Origin: Tubulanus polymorphus
Taxonomy: Eukaryota > Animalia > Nemertea
Direction of reading: 5' to 3'
DNA length: 64,000 nt
NCBI RefSeq assembly: GCF_964204645.1
Contig: NC_134030.1
Coordinates: forward strand, 13,103,947 to 13,167,946
Part shown: positions 27,611-39,867 of the stretch, in pieces
Layout: each line of letters begins with the position of its first letter
How positions within the stretch are numbered: the first letter of the stretch is position 1
Notes under the pieces: generated by a model
Database searches by the model: none
The model's input: the letters and a program-made list of their open reading frames with translations, nothing else
What the model was told of the DNA's origin: nothing
Translations under genes and position numbers: made by a program

Positions 27611-27981
27611 TTAATCCATTAATAATAATTTAGATTTAGTTTCAATGACTTTATGATTTCACTTATTTTCTGGTATAATAGGTTTATTATCATTGGAATC
27701 ATTATTGTTATAATCAGATTTATACTTATATTTATATATTACACCGGATAATATAATAATTGTGATTAACCCAATTGTAATATATAAGTAATTATTTCTT
27801 CCACTATTAGAAGAATCAGATGGATTATTATTTGAATCAATATCAGATAATTTCTGTGATTCATTTATATCAGTTAATTTCTTTTTCTTAGCTTTTTTAA
27901 TTCTGCAGATCTTTTACCTAATTCTCTTGCCCATTTAATTTCTTTTTCAAATCTAGCCTTTTTCTTAACGCCATCACTCAT
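27611..27981 (-). pseudogene. Small Polinton protein with a TM helix (frameshifted)
   Basis: TAAATG start MSDGVKK; later frame YLYITIGLITIIILSGVIYKYK. Confidence 0.55.
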
Positions 27982-28582
27982 TTATTTTAGTTAATTTTTG
28001 TTCTGATTCATTTTCTGTTTCGCCGTTTGGTTGTGGTACATCTGTTTCGTTCTTACCTGATTTATATTCCATAGGCTTGATATTCGAAAATGTTATGACA
28101 CTAGTAGAAATTAATGTCATAACCGATCCTAATTGGAATAAAGCATATCCAACCCATTTTTGTAATTCAGTCATAACTAAGTAGTCATTTTTCAAATCAG
28201 TATATAATTTATTTTCATCATCAATTGGTATTAACTGGTTACATAACTTAGAGTAACATTTTATAATGCTATCTGAAATAGAATCATTTATTCTGGCTAA
28301 TCTAGCTTCTTCATAAATCTTAAAATATTTTACTACTTTATCTGGTTTCATAGAGTCTAGTTCTTGAAAAGCAATAGTCTTAGTTAAAAATTGTTCACAC
28401 TTCCCGCTAGCAATTAGTAATTCAAGATGGTGCTTACAATATAAGTAGTATTCATAATCTATATTGTTATTAACTTGAATATTATTTTCAATTTTGGTTG
28501 GAATATCCTTATTATCACTAATACCTAAATCACCTAATGTTTTTTCAATATCAATACTATTCTTATTAGATTTCTTTGACAT
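27974..28582 (-). CDS. Polinton hypothetical protein, 202 aa
   Basis: Intact ORF with TAAATG start, in the gene array. Confidence 0.75.
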   Translation of the reverse strand: MSKKSNKNSIDIEKTLGDLGISDNKDIPTKIENNIQVNNNIDYEYYLYCKHHLELLIASGKCEQFLTKTIAFQELDSMKPDKVVKYFKIYEEARLARINDSISDSIIKCYSKLCNQLIPIDDENKLYTDLKNDYLVMTELQKWVGYALFQLGSVMTLISTSVITFSNIKPMEYKSGKNETDVPQPNGETENESEQKLTKINE

Positions 28583-28873
28583 TTATATTAGAGAAATTTA
28601 ATAATAAAAATATTATAAGTATTATAAAATGATACTAAATAGTTAAAGTTAAAGAATTCTAGTATTGACTACTGATACTAGCTATTTGAATTTAAAGAAT
28701 TTCTATTTGAATCTATTCAAAATATAAAGTATTCTCTTTTTGAAAAGAAAATATTAAAAATATAATAGAATTCACTGGTTAGTTGAAGTTATGTTTTTTA
28801 ATATTTTTTATTAAAATTAGGATTTAGATTATCTCACTACTATTGTTTATCTATTAGGAGCAGTAATTATAAC

Positions 28874-29550
28874 TGTCCAGATAAGTCATTTCCGATTCTC
28901 GATAATAAATCCTCAAACTAAAAACAAATTCAAAGAAACGACTGGTGGAAATACTATTTCATAAACACACATATATTTTATTCTACAATCATTATCGATT
29001 TCCACATTCCTCACCGGGCGTCTGAGGCCCGGCAAGTTATGCGTGGAATGCAGGAATCAATAAAGTACAATACAACATCTGTCACTGTGTGTCATTAACA
29101 ACAGCTTAATGACGCAATTGAAATTCCGACAAACGTAATGCATTGAAAGCCTATACAGTATGGCTAAACTGCTACAGTCTCATGAGTTGAAAAATCCGTA
29201 ATTTCTGATTCCACATCCATCCATCTTCACTTTCTTGATTCAATGGTCTTCATTTTGTTATCTAAAAGATAAATATCTAACGTAGAATAAAACTAACTTG
29301 AAGTTGTAGTTGTAAAATATTAATTACAGCACTTAAACATGGTCATTTGTGGCGCATCTTACCAGGGTAAGTTTTACATGTTAACGTTTCCCGGCGCTTA
29401 ATCACAACAAAAACAGTACTTATATTTATAACTGTAAACTCCTAAAATTGTGTTTATAGAGAGAATATCCTATGCGTTCCTATGCGTATGTGCTGCGCGC
29501 TTATATATAACTGCCAGTTATTCACTAGCTAAACACTGCCTGAGCAACAG
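28874..29550. mobile_element. LTR-like insertion (TG...CA), uncertain
   Basis: Abrupt composition change; tgtcca...gcaaca; TATA- and AATAAA-like signals on minus; no TSD found. Confidence 0.35.
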
Positions 29551-29583
29551 ATGTTCCTTTGTAATGTTATTGATTAATCCTTT

Positions 29584-32500
29584 TCAACTGAAATAGCACA
29601 TTCGATCAATATTCAAATGAGATACACCCCATCTTGGTACGTGCATATTTCTGATCGCATAATTCAGATCTGAAACTATTCTTTGCCACTGTAGACCAAA
29701 TTTCTCTGGTACTGGTGTATCCCAATCATATGATTCTCTCCACAATGTTTGAATTAATATTTTCCCCCTAATAGAAATTGGTAATATAAGACCAAACGGA
29801 TCATAAATCTTGGCTAAATTTTGAACAATAGTCCGTTTCGTAGTACCAGAGAATTCGTCTAATATAACCTTTCCTTTGAAGGTGATAATATCTTGCTCAA
29901 TACTCCAATTCAATCCTAAGCTATTCACATGATTTGAATATTCCAATACTTTCTCAGATTCTGCCAATGAACGTACCTCTTCACTGTTTGAAGACCAGGA
30001 CCTTAAATTCATTCCTGCTAGAGAAAAGATCTCTCTCGAAGACTTAAGATAATCTAAGCTATTCTCCTCGGAATTGCATGATGTCAATATGTTATCTACG
30101 TAAATGTTTCGTAGAATATCGGAACTCGTTCGACAATTTTCAGTTACTACCTGATTCCGTAAATGATGTAAAATTGTGCAATTCAAAATAAATGGAGAAC
30201 AGGTAGCACCAAATAATACTCGTTTGAAACGATAAGTTACTAGTTCAGAATCTGGATTTCCTGGCTCTCTAAACCAAACGAATCTAGTTACATCCCTATC
30301 TTCAGGGTCGATGCCTATTTGGAGAAAGGCTTTTTCGATGTCCGCACAAAGACCAATCTCGTTCAATCTAAATCTCAATAAGATACCTGTGAGATCGTTC
30401 TGTAGAGCTGGACCAGGTTCTAAACTATCGTTCAAACTAGGTGATCCAAAACTACAATCAAAAACAATTCGAATTGGAGTTGTATTCGATTGTCTGTACA
30501 CAGGATGATGTGCCAAATAATGTACTCGTCTCGATGATGGATGTAAATCATCCACCGGAACAATCTCAATATAATCTCGTCTCAATTGCTCATCAATAAT
30601 CGCCGAATAGATTTTAAGAATTTCCGGAGTTTTTGAAAGTTTCTTCAAAGTTGATTTAGTCCTATTTACAACAGCACAATAATTAGTTGTTAACGTATCA
30701 TGTTCAGTTTTCCAAGGTAATTTCACATTGTATCGACCGTCATTGTCTTTCCATATAAAATCACAAATGTACTTATCAACAAAACTCTCATCCGATAATT
30801 TTTCAATCCCAATTTCGTCACAATTCAAAGAAAATTCAGGGTATGACAAAACACTCATTATCGAAATTTTATCATTGGAAGTACCAGTCGGACCCGACAC
30901 CAAATAACCAACACATGATTTTATAGCTACAGGACCTTGTTTTGATCTGATTATCTCAGAACTAACAAAATCGTAATAATGATCGCTTCCAATCAAAAGC
31001 TGAACTTCAAATTTGCACTCTGAGTGAATTGGATTAGCCAAATTTAAATCTTTGAATTCAGGAATCTCAAGAAAACCACCCATGTCTAATGGACGTGTAA
31101 TCATCGGAACCACCAAAACAGATACTTCGATTAAATACGAATTCTCACACTCGATGCATATTTTTACGACATCCAAAGTTCTAACTTTCGAATTCTGTGA
31201 TCCAAATGCACCTAAATCTAGTGTTTCAGTCCTACTGGATTTCAAACCTAACTGACTCGCCATTTTGGCCGTCATAAATGATCGCTGCGAGCCATCATCG
31301 AACAATGTATTACAGGACACAATAGAACCACTATACGGGTTCTCGATATTAACAACTGCAGTCTTCAACAGAACATTTCCGAAAGAATTACACAAACTAA
31401 TATTCTGAGATACCGTTTGTGTCTCAATGTGATCATCACTTTGTATTAAAGACTCTGTTTCAAAAATCGGAACCGATGAAGACTGCGTTGTCACAGAATT
31501 TGTCATATTGCTTTTGATTCTATTTTTCTCATTGCCTATACCACGGTTTTGACCTTCCTCAACGGAAAAATTGACACCTCTAGAATTCGGAACAGAATAA
31601 GGTGTTTCCCGCGTTTGAAAACAAATACTGGTGTGATGTCGCTTTTTACACATACGACACGAATATTTAGACTTGCAGTTTCCGGCATGATGCTTATCTC
31701 CTAAACAATTAAAACACAAAGATTTGTTTCTCAGAATTTCCATCCTCTTTTTAACATCATTAACTACAGTGCACTCGTTGGATGCATGCAAACCTTCGCA
31801 AAAAACAAACTTCTTTTTAGAATTCTGAGCTCCGGTCGATAAGAATAATTGACTTACGGTGCTTGTAGGTTCAGTAATAGTACAATTACTCACATCTTTG
31901 ACATCAAGAGATACAGTGGACTCAATAATTTCTAATTCGAATCTAAAACAATCAAGAAGAGATGTTATTGACCATTCACAATTTTTGTTTGTGCGACACA
32001 TATTTCGATAGATTTCATACGGAAGCTTTCTTATAATTATTGGTACCAACATTGCGCCGTAATTATCATGAGACGTTCCAAGTGCATTCAACTGACGCAT
32101 GTGACAATTACATTCGTCGTAAAATTTACGCAGGGATGATTGTTCGTTGTTCGGTGGACTTAAATCAACAAGCGCGGAAAGGTAAGCCTGTGATATCTTG
32201 TGATTCTGTCCAAATCGCGTTTTCAACAAACTAACAGCCGCTGAATAATTGTCATTCGTCAATGGCAAACCGTCAATTCACGATCTTGCATCGCCGATTA
32301 ACAAACACTTCAAATAGCTAAATTTTTCGATTTCCGAAAACTGCGAGTTGAGATGAACCGACGTTTCGAATAAACCCCAGAACGTTGGCCACTCTTTCAA
32401 ATTTCCGTTATAATTCGGATGTTGTAACTTTGGTAGTAAAGCTGTTTTAATTTCAGTTGATCTCACTGGTGACTGTTTCTCTAGCGAAGACATTTTCCCG

Positions 32501-32808
32501 ATTTCACGGTTAAATTTGAAAATACTGCCATTCAAATTGTTCAAATAATCTTCAGCTTCCAAAATAAATTGTTCTATTTCATTATCAGACTGGATCTCGT
32601 CTAATAAATGGGCATCAATCATCTCTAACTGGCTGAATTTGCGTTTGAGATTGTTCAAATTAATACTAGCCTTTAGTAAGTCGTGTTCTCTGATAGCTGT
32701 ATCACATGCAGAGGTAAGAGCGTTCGCGACTCTTCTGTTTGCTGAACGTCCTGCTCTCGAAAGTTTTACACCAACTCCTGATTTTTCGGTAGCTGAATTC
32801 TCCGCCAT
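29584..32808 (-). pseudogene. BEL/Pao gag-protease-RT polyprotein (one stop at 32278; truncated before RNase H)
   Basis: LPKL...EKFSYLK; CCHC knuckles CFNCLG..H...C, CRMCKKRHHTSIC; LFDDGSQRSF; ADIEKAFLQI; VLFGATCSPF; YVDN; IYDPFG. Confidence 0.93.
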
Positions 32809-32876
32809 TGTTCTCTGATTCTCTGGCTTCTTCTAAGAAGTTTGGTTCATCTCTTTCTCGGCTCGAGGGACCATTA

Positions 32877-33157
32877 TGTCAATACCTTTTCTCCAGAAAG
32901 AAGTGACTAGCAGTACGACTCGGTGTTGACATTAATGTAGTTTATTCTCAAAAGTGACTCCCTCTACCCTTTACATATCAATATATATAGTGAAATATCA
33001 CATGATGTGTACTGAGCATGACGTACAGATGTAATGCAGTTTAATACAGTTTAATACAGTTGAACACAGTTGAATACACGTTACTGCAGAACAAGTTACT
33101 GCTCTAGTGAGCAGTATTCTATAGTTGATATAAATGTATGTATAACCATTCCAATAT
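32877..33157 (-). repeat. Single BEL LTR
   Basis: Preceded by purine tract gccgggcgggag; ends ...ttgaca, followed by BEL-type PBS tggtccctcgagccg; TATA-like and AATAAA inside. Confidence 0.8.
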
Positions 33158-33282
33158 ACTCCCGCCCGGCGTAAGCGTGATTTAAGTACACATATAAATT
33201 TGAAAGAGTTATCAATATATACACGATTTTAAACTACTATCCCATATTCATTAATACAAAATTTGAAAGTACACATTGTTCA

Positions 33283-35084
33283 TTAATACAAATTGTCGGA
33301 TTGCTCCGCCGCCGCGATGGCCGTGATCTTCTCCTCTGCTGCAACGGCAGCAGCTCTTTTCGGTCGCACATTCGCTTCTCCCGCTGTTTTTGTAGCCGAA
33401 TATTTCGATACGGATGCAAAATCGGTTGACGCATAAACTTCGAGAGGGTACAGTTTCGGCAACGCTCTATTCGTGTGACCTCTCGCGGTTTTTAACGAAA
33501 CATTGCGTACTTTTCCGTCCTTTCCACGATGTAATTCCGTAATTACGCCAAGTCGCCATTTCAATCGTGGCCCATCATCGTGAATTTGAACGACCGAACC
33601 TTTTCTCACTAATTCCGTATCAACTCCCTTACATTTCTGATATTCGCGCAAATTTAACAAGTATTCACCTTTCCAGCGTCTCTTATATTCACTGAGTAGC
33701 AAGGAAATATATTTCATCCTACGTGTTAACAATTCGCGAGTGACACAAAAGTTCGGATCATTCAACTCATAATCTCGCACACTAGGTTGAGGTAACCCGG
33801 TTATCCGGTGACCGAACATTAACATGGATGGCGTCAAAGCTTCTAAATCTGAAACATCTGAAGTTAGATAGGTCAACGGCCTATCATTTAAATGAGATTC
33901 AACTTCAATTAAAAAAGTATTTAACTCATCATAGGTAAGTAGAGCTCTACCGAGTACTTTTTTTGTTATATTTTTCACCAACCCAATCAATCGTTCGTAA
34001 AACCCCCCTTGCCAGGGGGCCCTCTTAGCTATGAATAGCCATTTCACCCTGTTCACGGATAGATAGTCCGTTACTTCAACCGATGAAATAATTTCATCTA
34101 GAATTTTATACGCCGATGTAAATGTTGTTGCGTTATCAGAAACACAAGTCCTCGGCAAACCTCTACGACCTGCAAACCTACGTAACGCTAACAAAAAACA
34201 ATCAGGAGTTAAATCCCGAACTAGCTCTAAATGCACCGCTCTACTGACCGCACATGTAAATAAACAAACGTGGCATTTAGAGGTTTCGCCACCAGATCCC
34301 TTAATCACAAGTGGACCTAAATAATCAATACCAGTATGGTGAAAGACTGGAACCTCTGAAACTCTGATACCAGGTAGTGAAGGAGGTAACGGTAAGAAAA
34401 AGGGTCTACCATGCACACGTTTGCACTTAACAGCATGATTTCAGTAGGTCCTTTACTCTTTGACGGATACTCGGTATCCAATATTTACATCGAATATCGG
34501 CAACAGTAGCATTAACGCCTTGATGCATTATTCTGAAATGTGATCGACGAATCACCAAATTGACATACTGGTGATATTTTGGAAGCAGTATTGGTCGTTT
34601 AGCCAAATCGTCCAAATCTGCATTCTCTAACCGACCATTCGAACGAATCAAGCCATCATTACCAATAAACAACTGTAAATCTTTTGTCAACCTGTCAACA
34701 ACCGGAGCTCTAAATGACTTGTCACCCGACAATCGCGCAAACACCAGAGGATATTCCGATCTTTGAATACACAATAACCACACTTTCTCAGAATTGTTTA
34801 GATCATCAGCCGAAATACTGTCAAAGTTTCTATCAGAAACTGTTACCTTACAATTATTTATGAAACGAAGTACTAAGGTAGTCATTCTGAACAACTTAGT
34901 TAATGACGAGAAACCATCTGCATCTACTACTTTCGAAATGCCGACAGGTTCACTTTTTTCAATTGAAACATATTGTACACATGTAGATGTATTTATGTGT
35001 ATAATCGGAATTTGATTTATTCGATCTGCGATGTCAATTGGACCGCACAACAACTGCCCGTTAGAAAATAGGCATTGTGCAGAT
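33283..35084 (-). pseudogene. BEL/Pao integrase region
   Basis: HFRIMH...KYWIP Zn-binding; TGIDYLGP; LFTCAVSRAVHLE; SDNATTF; APWQGGFYERL; LNDRPL; LYPLE. Confidence 0.95.
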
Positions 35085-36008
35085 TGTCACGATTGCCACG
35101 TGACCGGGAAACCTCAAACCACTTAACGGAGACTCGTCACGTTGGAAATGAATATGTTTATTTACACTATGTACAGATAGTAGCAGACAGATACTTATAT
35201 TCGGCGCAATAACGATCTTGGCTGCATCAAATCATGCGGTCCGCAATGGATCGCTGCACTTGCAGGGAGCAAGACGGAAAATCGCTCGGCACTTGTAGCC
35301 GGGAAAAGTGATAATATCGATGCGGCACGTATGCGTCAAATCATGCGGTCCGCAATGGATCGCTGCACTTGCAGGAAGCAAGACGGAAAATCGCTCGGCA
35401 CTTGTAGCCGGGAAAAGTGATAATATCGATGCGGCACGTATAGCCGGAAATACAATAATCCACTGGCAGGCGTTAGCTACAAAATATAAGCTAGACACAA
35501 AAACACATTTTGAGTATCATGCGAATACTACAAATAATGATTTGAAGTTACCTAAATGAACTACCTATCATTAGATTAATCATTACTTTAACTATGTAAG
35601 AACACAACTACAATTATACTTAATATAGAATTATAAGTAAATGTCAAAAAGGACGTAAGAATCCCACTTAAATATTTAAGTTGCAATAACCTTTACTAAA
35701 TTCCGACGTTTACGCCAAGAAACTACTGAATTGTTACTATTAATCACGGAAAACTAGAAAATATAAAACTCGTGTAAAACTTACCCCACGTATCGGGCAA
35801 AGCGCGCTCGTGGCAGCTGCGATATACACTCGACGCAGGCTTATGATATACTGCCACGATGTATGGCCAGTAAGGGCTTATAAATGCCGTAAAAGTTACG
35901 GTCAACAGAGCAAGGTACACCTAGCTAACATAATAAAGCAAGGGTACGCTGAGTGAAGATATATAGATTTGACACGTAGTTATTTATCGACCCCATTCGG
36001 TCGTGACA
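35085..36008. mobile_element. Solo LTR inserted in BEL pol
   Basis: tgtcacga...tcgtgaca ends, 5-bp TSD cagat; removal restores NPADLLT*GVSA...CGP; internal ~110-bp tandem duplication. Confidence 0.9.
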
Positions 36009-36245
36009 CAGATACGCCTCAAGTCAATAAATCAGCTGGATTTCTATCACCATTACAAAATTGCCACTTATCAAAGTCACAAATAGATTTTATAGCACGA
36101 ATTCTATTGGCAACAAATTCTGGTAATTTTTTATCACTTCTCAGCCAACTCAACACAATCTGACTATCCGAATAATATTGCGTTTCGATTACAGGATACG
36201 ATTGTTTTAATTCATCACAAAAATATTGCCCTAATTTAGAAAAAA
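36009..36245 (-). pseudogene. BEL RNase H C-terminal fragment
   Basis: YSDSQIVLSWL...FVANRI...NPADLLT. Confidence 0.9.
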
Positions 36246-36737
36246 ATAATACCCATATACTGAAATACACGCAAAGAAAACAGCGCCGAATCTCGGAATG
36301 ACAATACACGCGCTGCAGTTAAAGAGCCATAGGAAAAAAACTAGGCAAGATATCTTAAAATTTCAAAGTTCACCTGAAAGGGGGCATTTATGCTCACAGT
36401 TCCTGAAATGTTTGGATTTTTTAGAAAATTATTTCTGAAAATAACGAACTTCAAAGTTCAGTACCCTTGATTTCTATGTGCACGGAAAAAACTGACCGCC
36501 AATTTTTATATCGCTCTCATGTCGCATTGTTGCAAATTTAAAAAATGATTTTTACATAACTGAAAACTAGAGATTTATGCGGTTTGAATGTTGCTGAAAC
36601 TGTCAAAATCCATCCATGGACAGATGAAATATGATACAACACACATCACGGATAGTTTTTAAAAAAGAGAAAAAAACGACCCAACAATACGGGACAAAAG
36701 TACCCTAACAAAATGGCGGCTAACAACTGTAAAATGG

Positions 36738-37275
36738 TTTATTGTGTTAATCTAGATCTTAAGCATTGTTTCAATCTAAAATCAAGATCTGTTTTATATC
36801 TTTCTCTCATATATTCTGTCATATAATCATTGTAAGCTTCTCTATTATCTTCTCGATATTGCTTGGTATATAGTTTAGTACAATAAGATAAAATCCCACT
36901 ATTTACAGATTAAAAGAATTTAAAAACCAGAATTTATTTATTAAATCTAAAATATTTAAAAGACACGACGTTTCGATCTCACCCTAGAGATCATCATTTA
37001 TTTAATAAATAAATTCTAGTTTTTAAATTCTTTTAATCTGTAAATAGTGGGATTTTATCTTATTATCCGTTCGCCACGTTTGAGTGTGGTCATCGTTCTA
37101 TAGTTTAGTACAAGTTTTACAGCAATATTGAAAACCATCTTTGCTAATCTTACGCTTACTAAATTCTGTTAAAGCTAATTTATCTAATTCACAATTTAGA
37201 ACACTTCTTGTAGTATATATTTATAACGCCAGTGTTATTTGTAATATTTATAGTTTGTGGTTGTTCTGATTCCAT
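36738..37275 (-). pseudogene. Polinton Zn-ribbon/HNH-endonuclease-like ORF, truncated
   Basis: After one frameshift and removal of the 36884-37098 insert: KKCSKCELDK..TEFSKRKISKDGFQYCCKTCTKLYTKQYREDNRE...RYKTDLDFRLKQCLRSRL. Confidence 0.65.
36884..37098. mobile_element. Penelope-like pLTR remnant with inverted repeat and partial hammerhead
   Basis: 15-bp TSD tatagtttagtacaa; ~60-bp inverted repeat; minus strand tgatgatctc-tagggt-gagatc GAAAC GTC. Confidence 0.75.
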
Positions 37276-37758
37276 TTATTATACATATTTTTTTACTAAA
37301 TTGATTTTAGAAGTTCAATGATTTAAATATGAATTATTTCAATCACACTTTACTCACACTTTTAATGTTTAAAAATCTACTCATACAAATATGAATATTG
37401 AAATAATGTTTAAAATATACCTATGTATTAGATACCCTATTAGATACCCTATTATATACCCTAATACCTACCTATGTATTAGATACCCTATTAGATACCT
37501 TAATACTTAAAACCCCTTTTTTAAAATAAATATTATTTATACAATTTTCAACCAATTTATTTTTATTTTTTCAACTAATATATGAATAAGTTTGAAAATA
37601 ATAAAGGTTATTTATTATTACTGAGGTTTCAATATAAATTAAAAAAATATATAATTTAAGGTATTTTCAAATAATATGTATTAGATATGTATTAGATACC
37701 GTAATACTTAAAACCCCCTTTTTTATTTACTATTATTTTATACAATTTTCAACCTTTA

Positions 37759-38556
37759 TTACTTTTTGAGTGTTAGATAATTACTTTCTGAATCACTTTC
37801 ATCATCACTCTCCAATTCATCATCAAACCCTAACCATTTATTCAAATGCTCTACCGTATCTTCATCATTAGTTGTTTCATTGTTATGCTTATTCATCCAA
37901 TCAAATTTATCATTATTTTCTACTTTATGTTTCATAGAATCTTTATTATCAATATGCTTATCTGTAACTATATTTTCATTATCATCTTTCTTAGTGTTTG
38001 ATCCTAATATTTTATTAGCATCGGTTAAATCTAATTCATCTTTATTAGCAACACCTAATAATAAATCTTCATATAATTCTTTACCATTTACTTTTTTATT
38101 TGAAACAAACTTTGTAACATATCTAAATGGGTGTTCTATAAATTCGCTTAAACCAACACGTTCTATTACATTAGTAATATGTATCTTTGTATTCATATGT
38201 TTATTCCAATTTGATGGAGCGTTTGAATATTCGCCTTTACAATAATCACAATAATTTCTATTTTCACTAATATCTAATATTATTTCATTATTAGATGAAG
38301 AAGGTATTACATTATTAGATGTAGAAGGTATTACATTATTAGATGTAGAAGGTATTACATTATTATCAATTACATTACTTAAATTATCAACAACACCACT
38401 TTTATTATTATCGATTTCTATTAGTTTAGTTTTATAAATTTTGAAAATAGGATCAAATATCAAAGCTATATTACAAGGTATTACATAATATAAACCATCA
38501 TTATTTTCATGTGTATCGATGTATGGAATATTTTTATATACTTTACCTCCTTCTAT
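37759..38556 (-). CDS. Polinton C2H2/U1-type Zn-finger protein with VIPSTSNN repeats and acidic tail (start codon apparently ATG to ATA)
   Basis: YCDYCKGEY...WNKHMNTKIH; 24-bp tandem repeat x3; frame extends to TAAATA at 38556. Confidence 0.65.
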   Translation of the reverse strand: MEGGKVYKNIPYIDTHENNDGLYYVIPCNIALIFDPIFKIYKTKLIEIDNNKSGVVDNLSNVIDNNVIPSTSNNVIPSTSNNVIPSSSNNEIILDISENRNYCDYCKGEYSNAPSNWNKHMNTKIHITNVIERVGLSEFIEHPFRYVTKFVSNKKVNGKELYEDLLLGVANKDELDLTDANKILGSNTKKDDNENIVTDKHIDNKDSMKHKVENNDKFDWMNKHNNETTNDEDTVEHLNKWLGFDDELESDDESDSESNYLTLKK

Positions 38557-38588
38557 TTATTATATAAATTTTTATTTAAGTTAAAATT

Positions 38589-39827
38589 CTAATACATGAC
38601 ACTATTTAATTGAGAATTTACAATATTTAATTGCGCGTCAGATATAATATAAATGTGCATTTTAAAATTTTTGATTCCTTTATTCTTTGTCATGAATAAT
38701 TATATTCCATCTTTAGTGTTTTGTAATTTTTTTCCAGAACCATGTAATGAATTATCCTCTGTTGTTCTAAAATCTAACCATAATGCATATTTATTACCGG
38801 TATAATAATCAATTTGATTAATATTACAATTTTCAGATGATTTTACTTTTTCATTCATAAAATGTTTTCTAATTTCTGGCCATTGATCTATCATTCTCAT
38901 TCCTTGACAAAATATTTTATTTGCTATTCCTTCGATAGTTATTTCTACTTTTGCTATTTCAGGATTATAATAATTATCAACATTTATTGCACCATTAGTA
39001 TATGTTGCAATGGTAAAAAATATTAATATACCTTTAATAGATCTTCTTGGAAAGTTAATATTCTAATTAATAATTTCATCATTTGCATTAATAGTTACAG
39101 TTTTAAATTGATCAATATAATCATTTAAAAATGAAAATCCTTGATTGTATTGAGTTTGAATTATACTTGAAATATTTTCATCAGTTACTGTATCATGTTC
39201 TAAACATATATTCGATAATTTATAACCCATATCTTTATTAACGCTAGATATTACAATTTCATTTACAGGAGCAAATGTTATTTCGAATATAACGTCTTCT
39301 TGAATTGCGTATTTATATAAAGGCGCATTATTATTTATCAATTCAAAGTCTAATGGAATTTTATATTTGCTTCCATATATACTTTTTATCTATAGCATTA
39401 GTTAATATTGCGCTATTAGCTTCTGATCTTAATTTATTTTGGTTTTCTGATTGGATTCCTTGAAATATCATATTATTTCTATTTTCTTTTGTTAACCATA
39501 AATCTTTATAATGCATAAATAAATTATAATCATCTAATGAGAAAACTGTTTCTGGACCAATCTTTATGGTTAATTTTTAATCAAATATCTTCCAACATTA
39601 TCAACAACATAATTATTATTATTATCGGTTACTTTTATATTGGCTGATAAATAAATACTATTTGGAACATAAAAAGTATTTTGTGTTAATCGAGGAATTC
39701 TAACATATAAAGTTTCATCGGGATTAATATTTGAAGGGTTATGAGTAATTATATGATGTGATCTTTCTGCTTTAATAGCATTAGATATTCTATGATTCTT
39801 AGAAGGATTGATATAACTCCCACTCAT
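38589..39827 (-). pseudogene. Major capsid protein (double jelly-roll), frameshifted
   Basis: HNPSNINPDETLYVRIP...VVDNVGR...LSNICLE...KYALWLDFRTTEDNSLHGSG...SDAQLNI; ~410 codons. Confidence 0.8.
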
Positions 39828-39867
39828 TTATTTAACAAAAAAATCAATTATTTATTTTTGATTATGT

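Larger units (their letters stand above)
29584..36245 (-). mobile_element. BEL/Pao LTR retrotransposon, permuted: RH-INT, then LTR, then gag-PR-RT
   Basis: Domain motifs listed in the next features; one internal LTR flanked by PPT and PBS. Confidence 0.9.

Noticed and set aside
27600-27612. Baculovirus-type late motif ATAAG before the integrase ATG
   Set aside because: Single occurrence in AT-rich DNA, expected by chance
35227-35559. ORFs and ~110-bp direct repeat
   Set aside because: Internal duplication within a TSD-flanked solo LTR; no protein motifs
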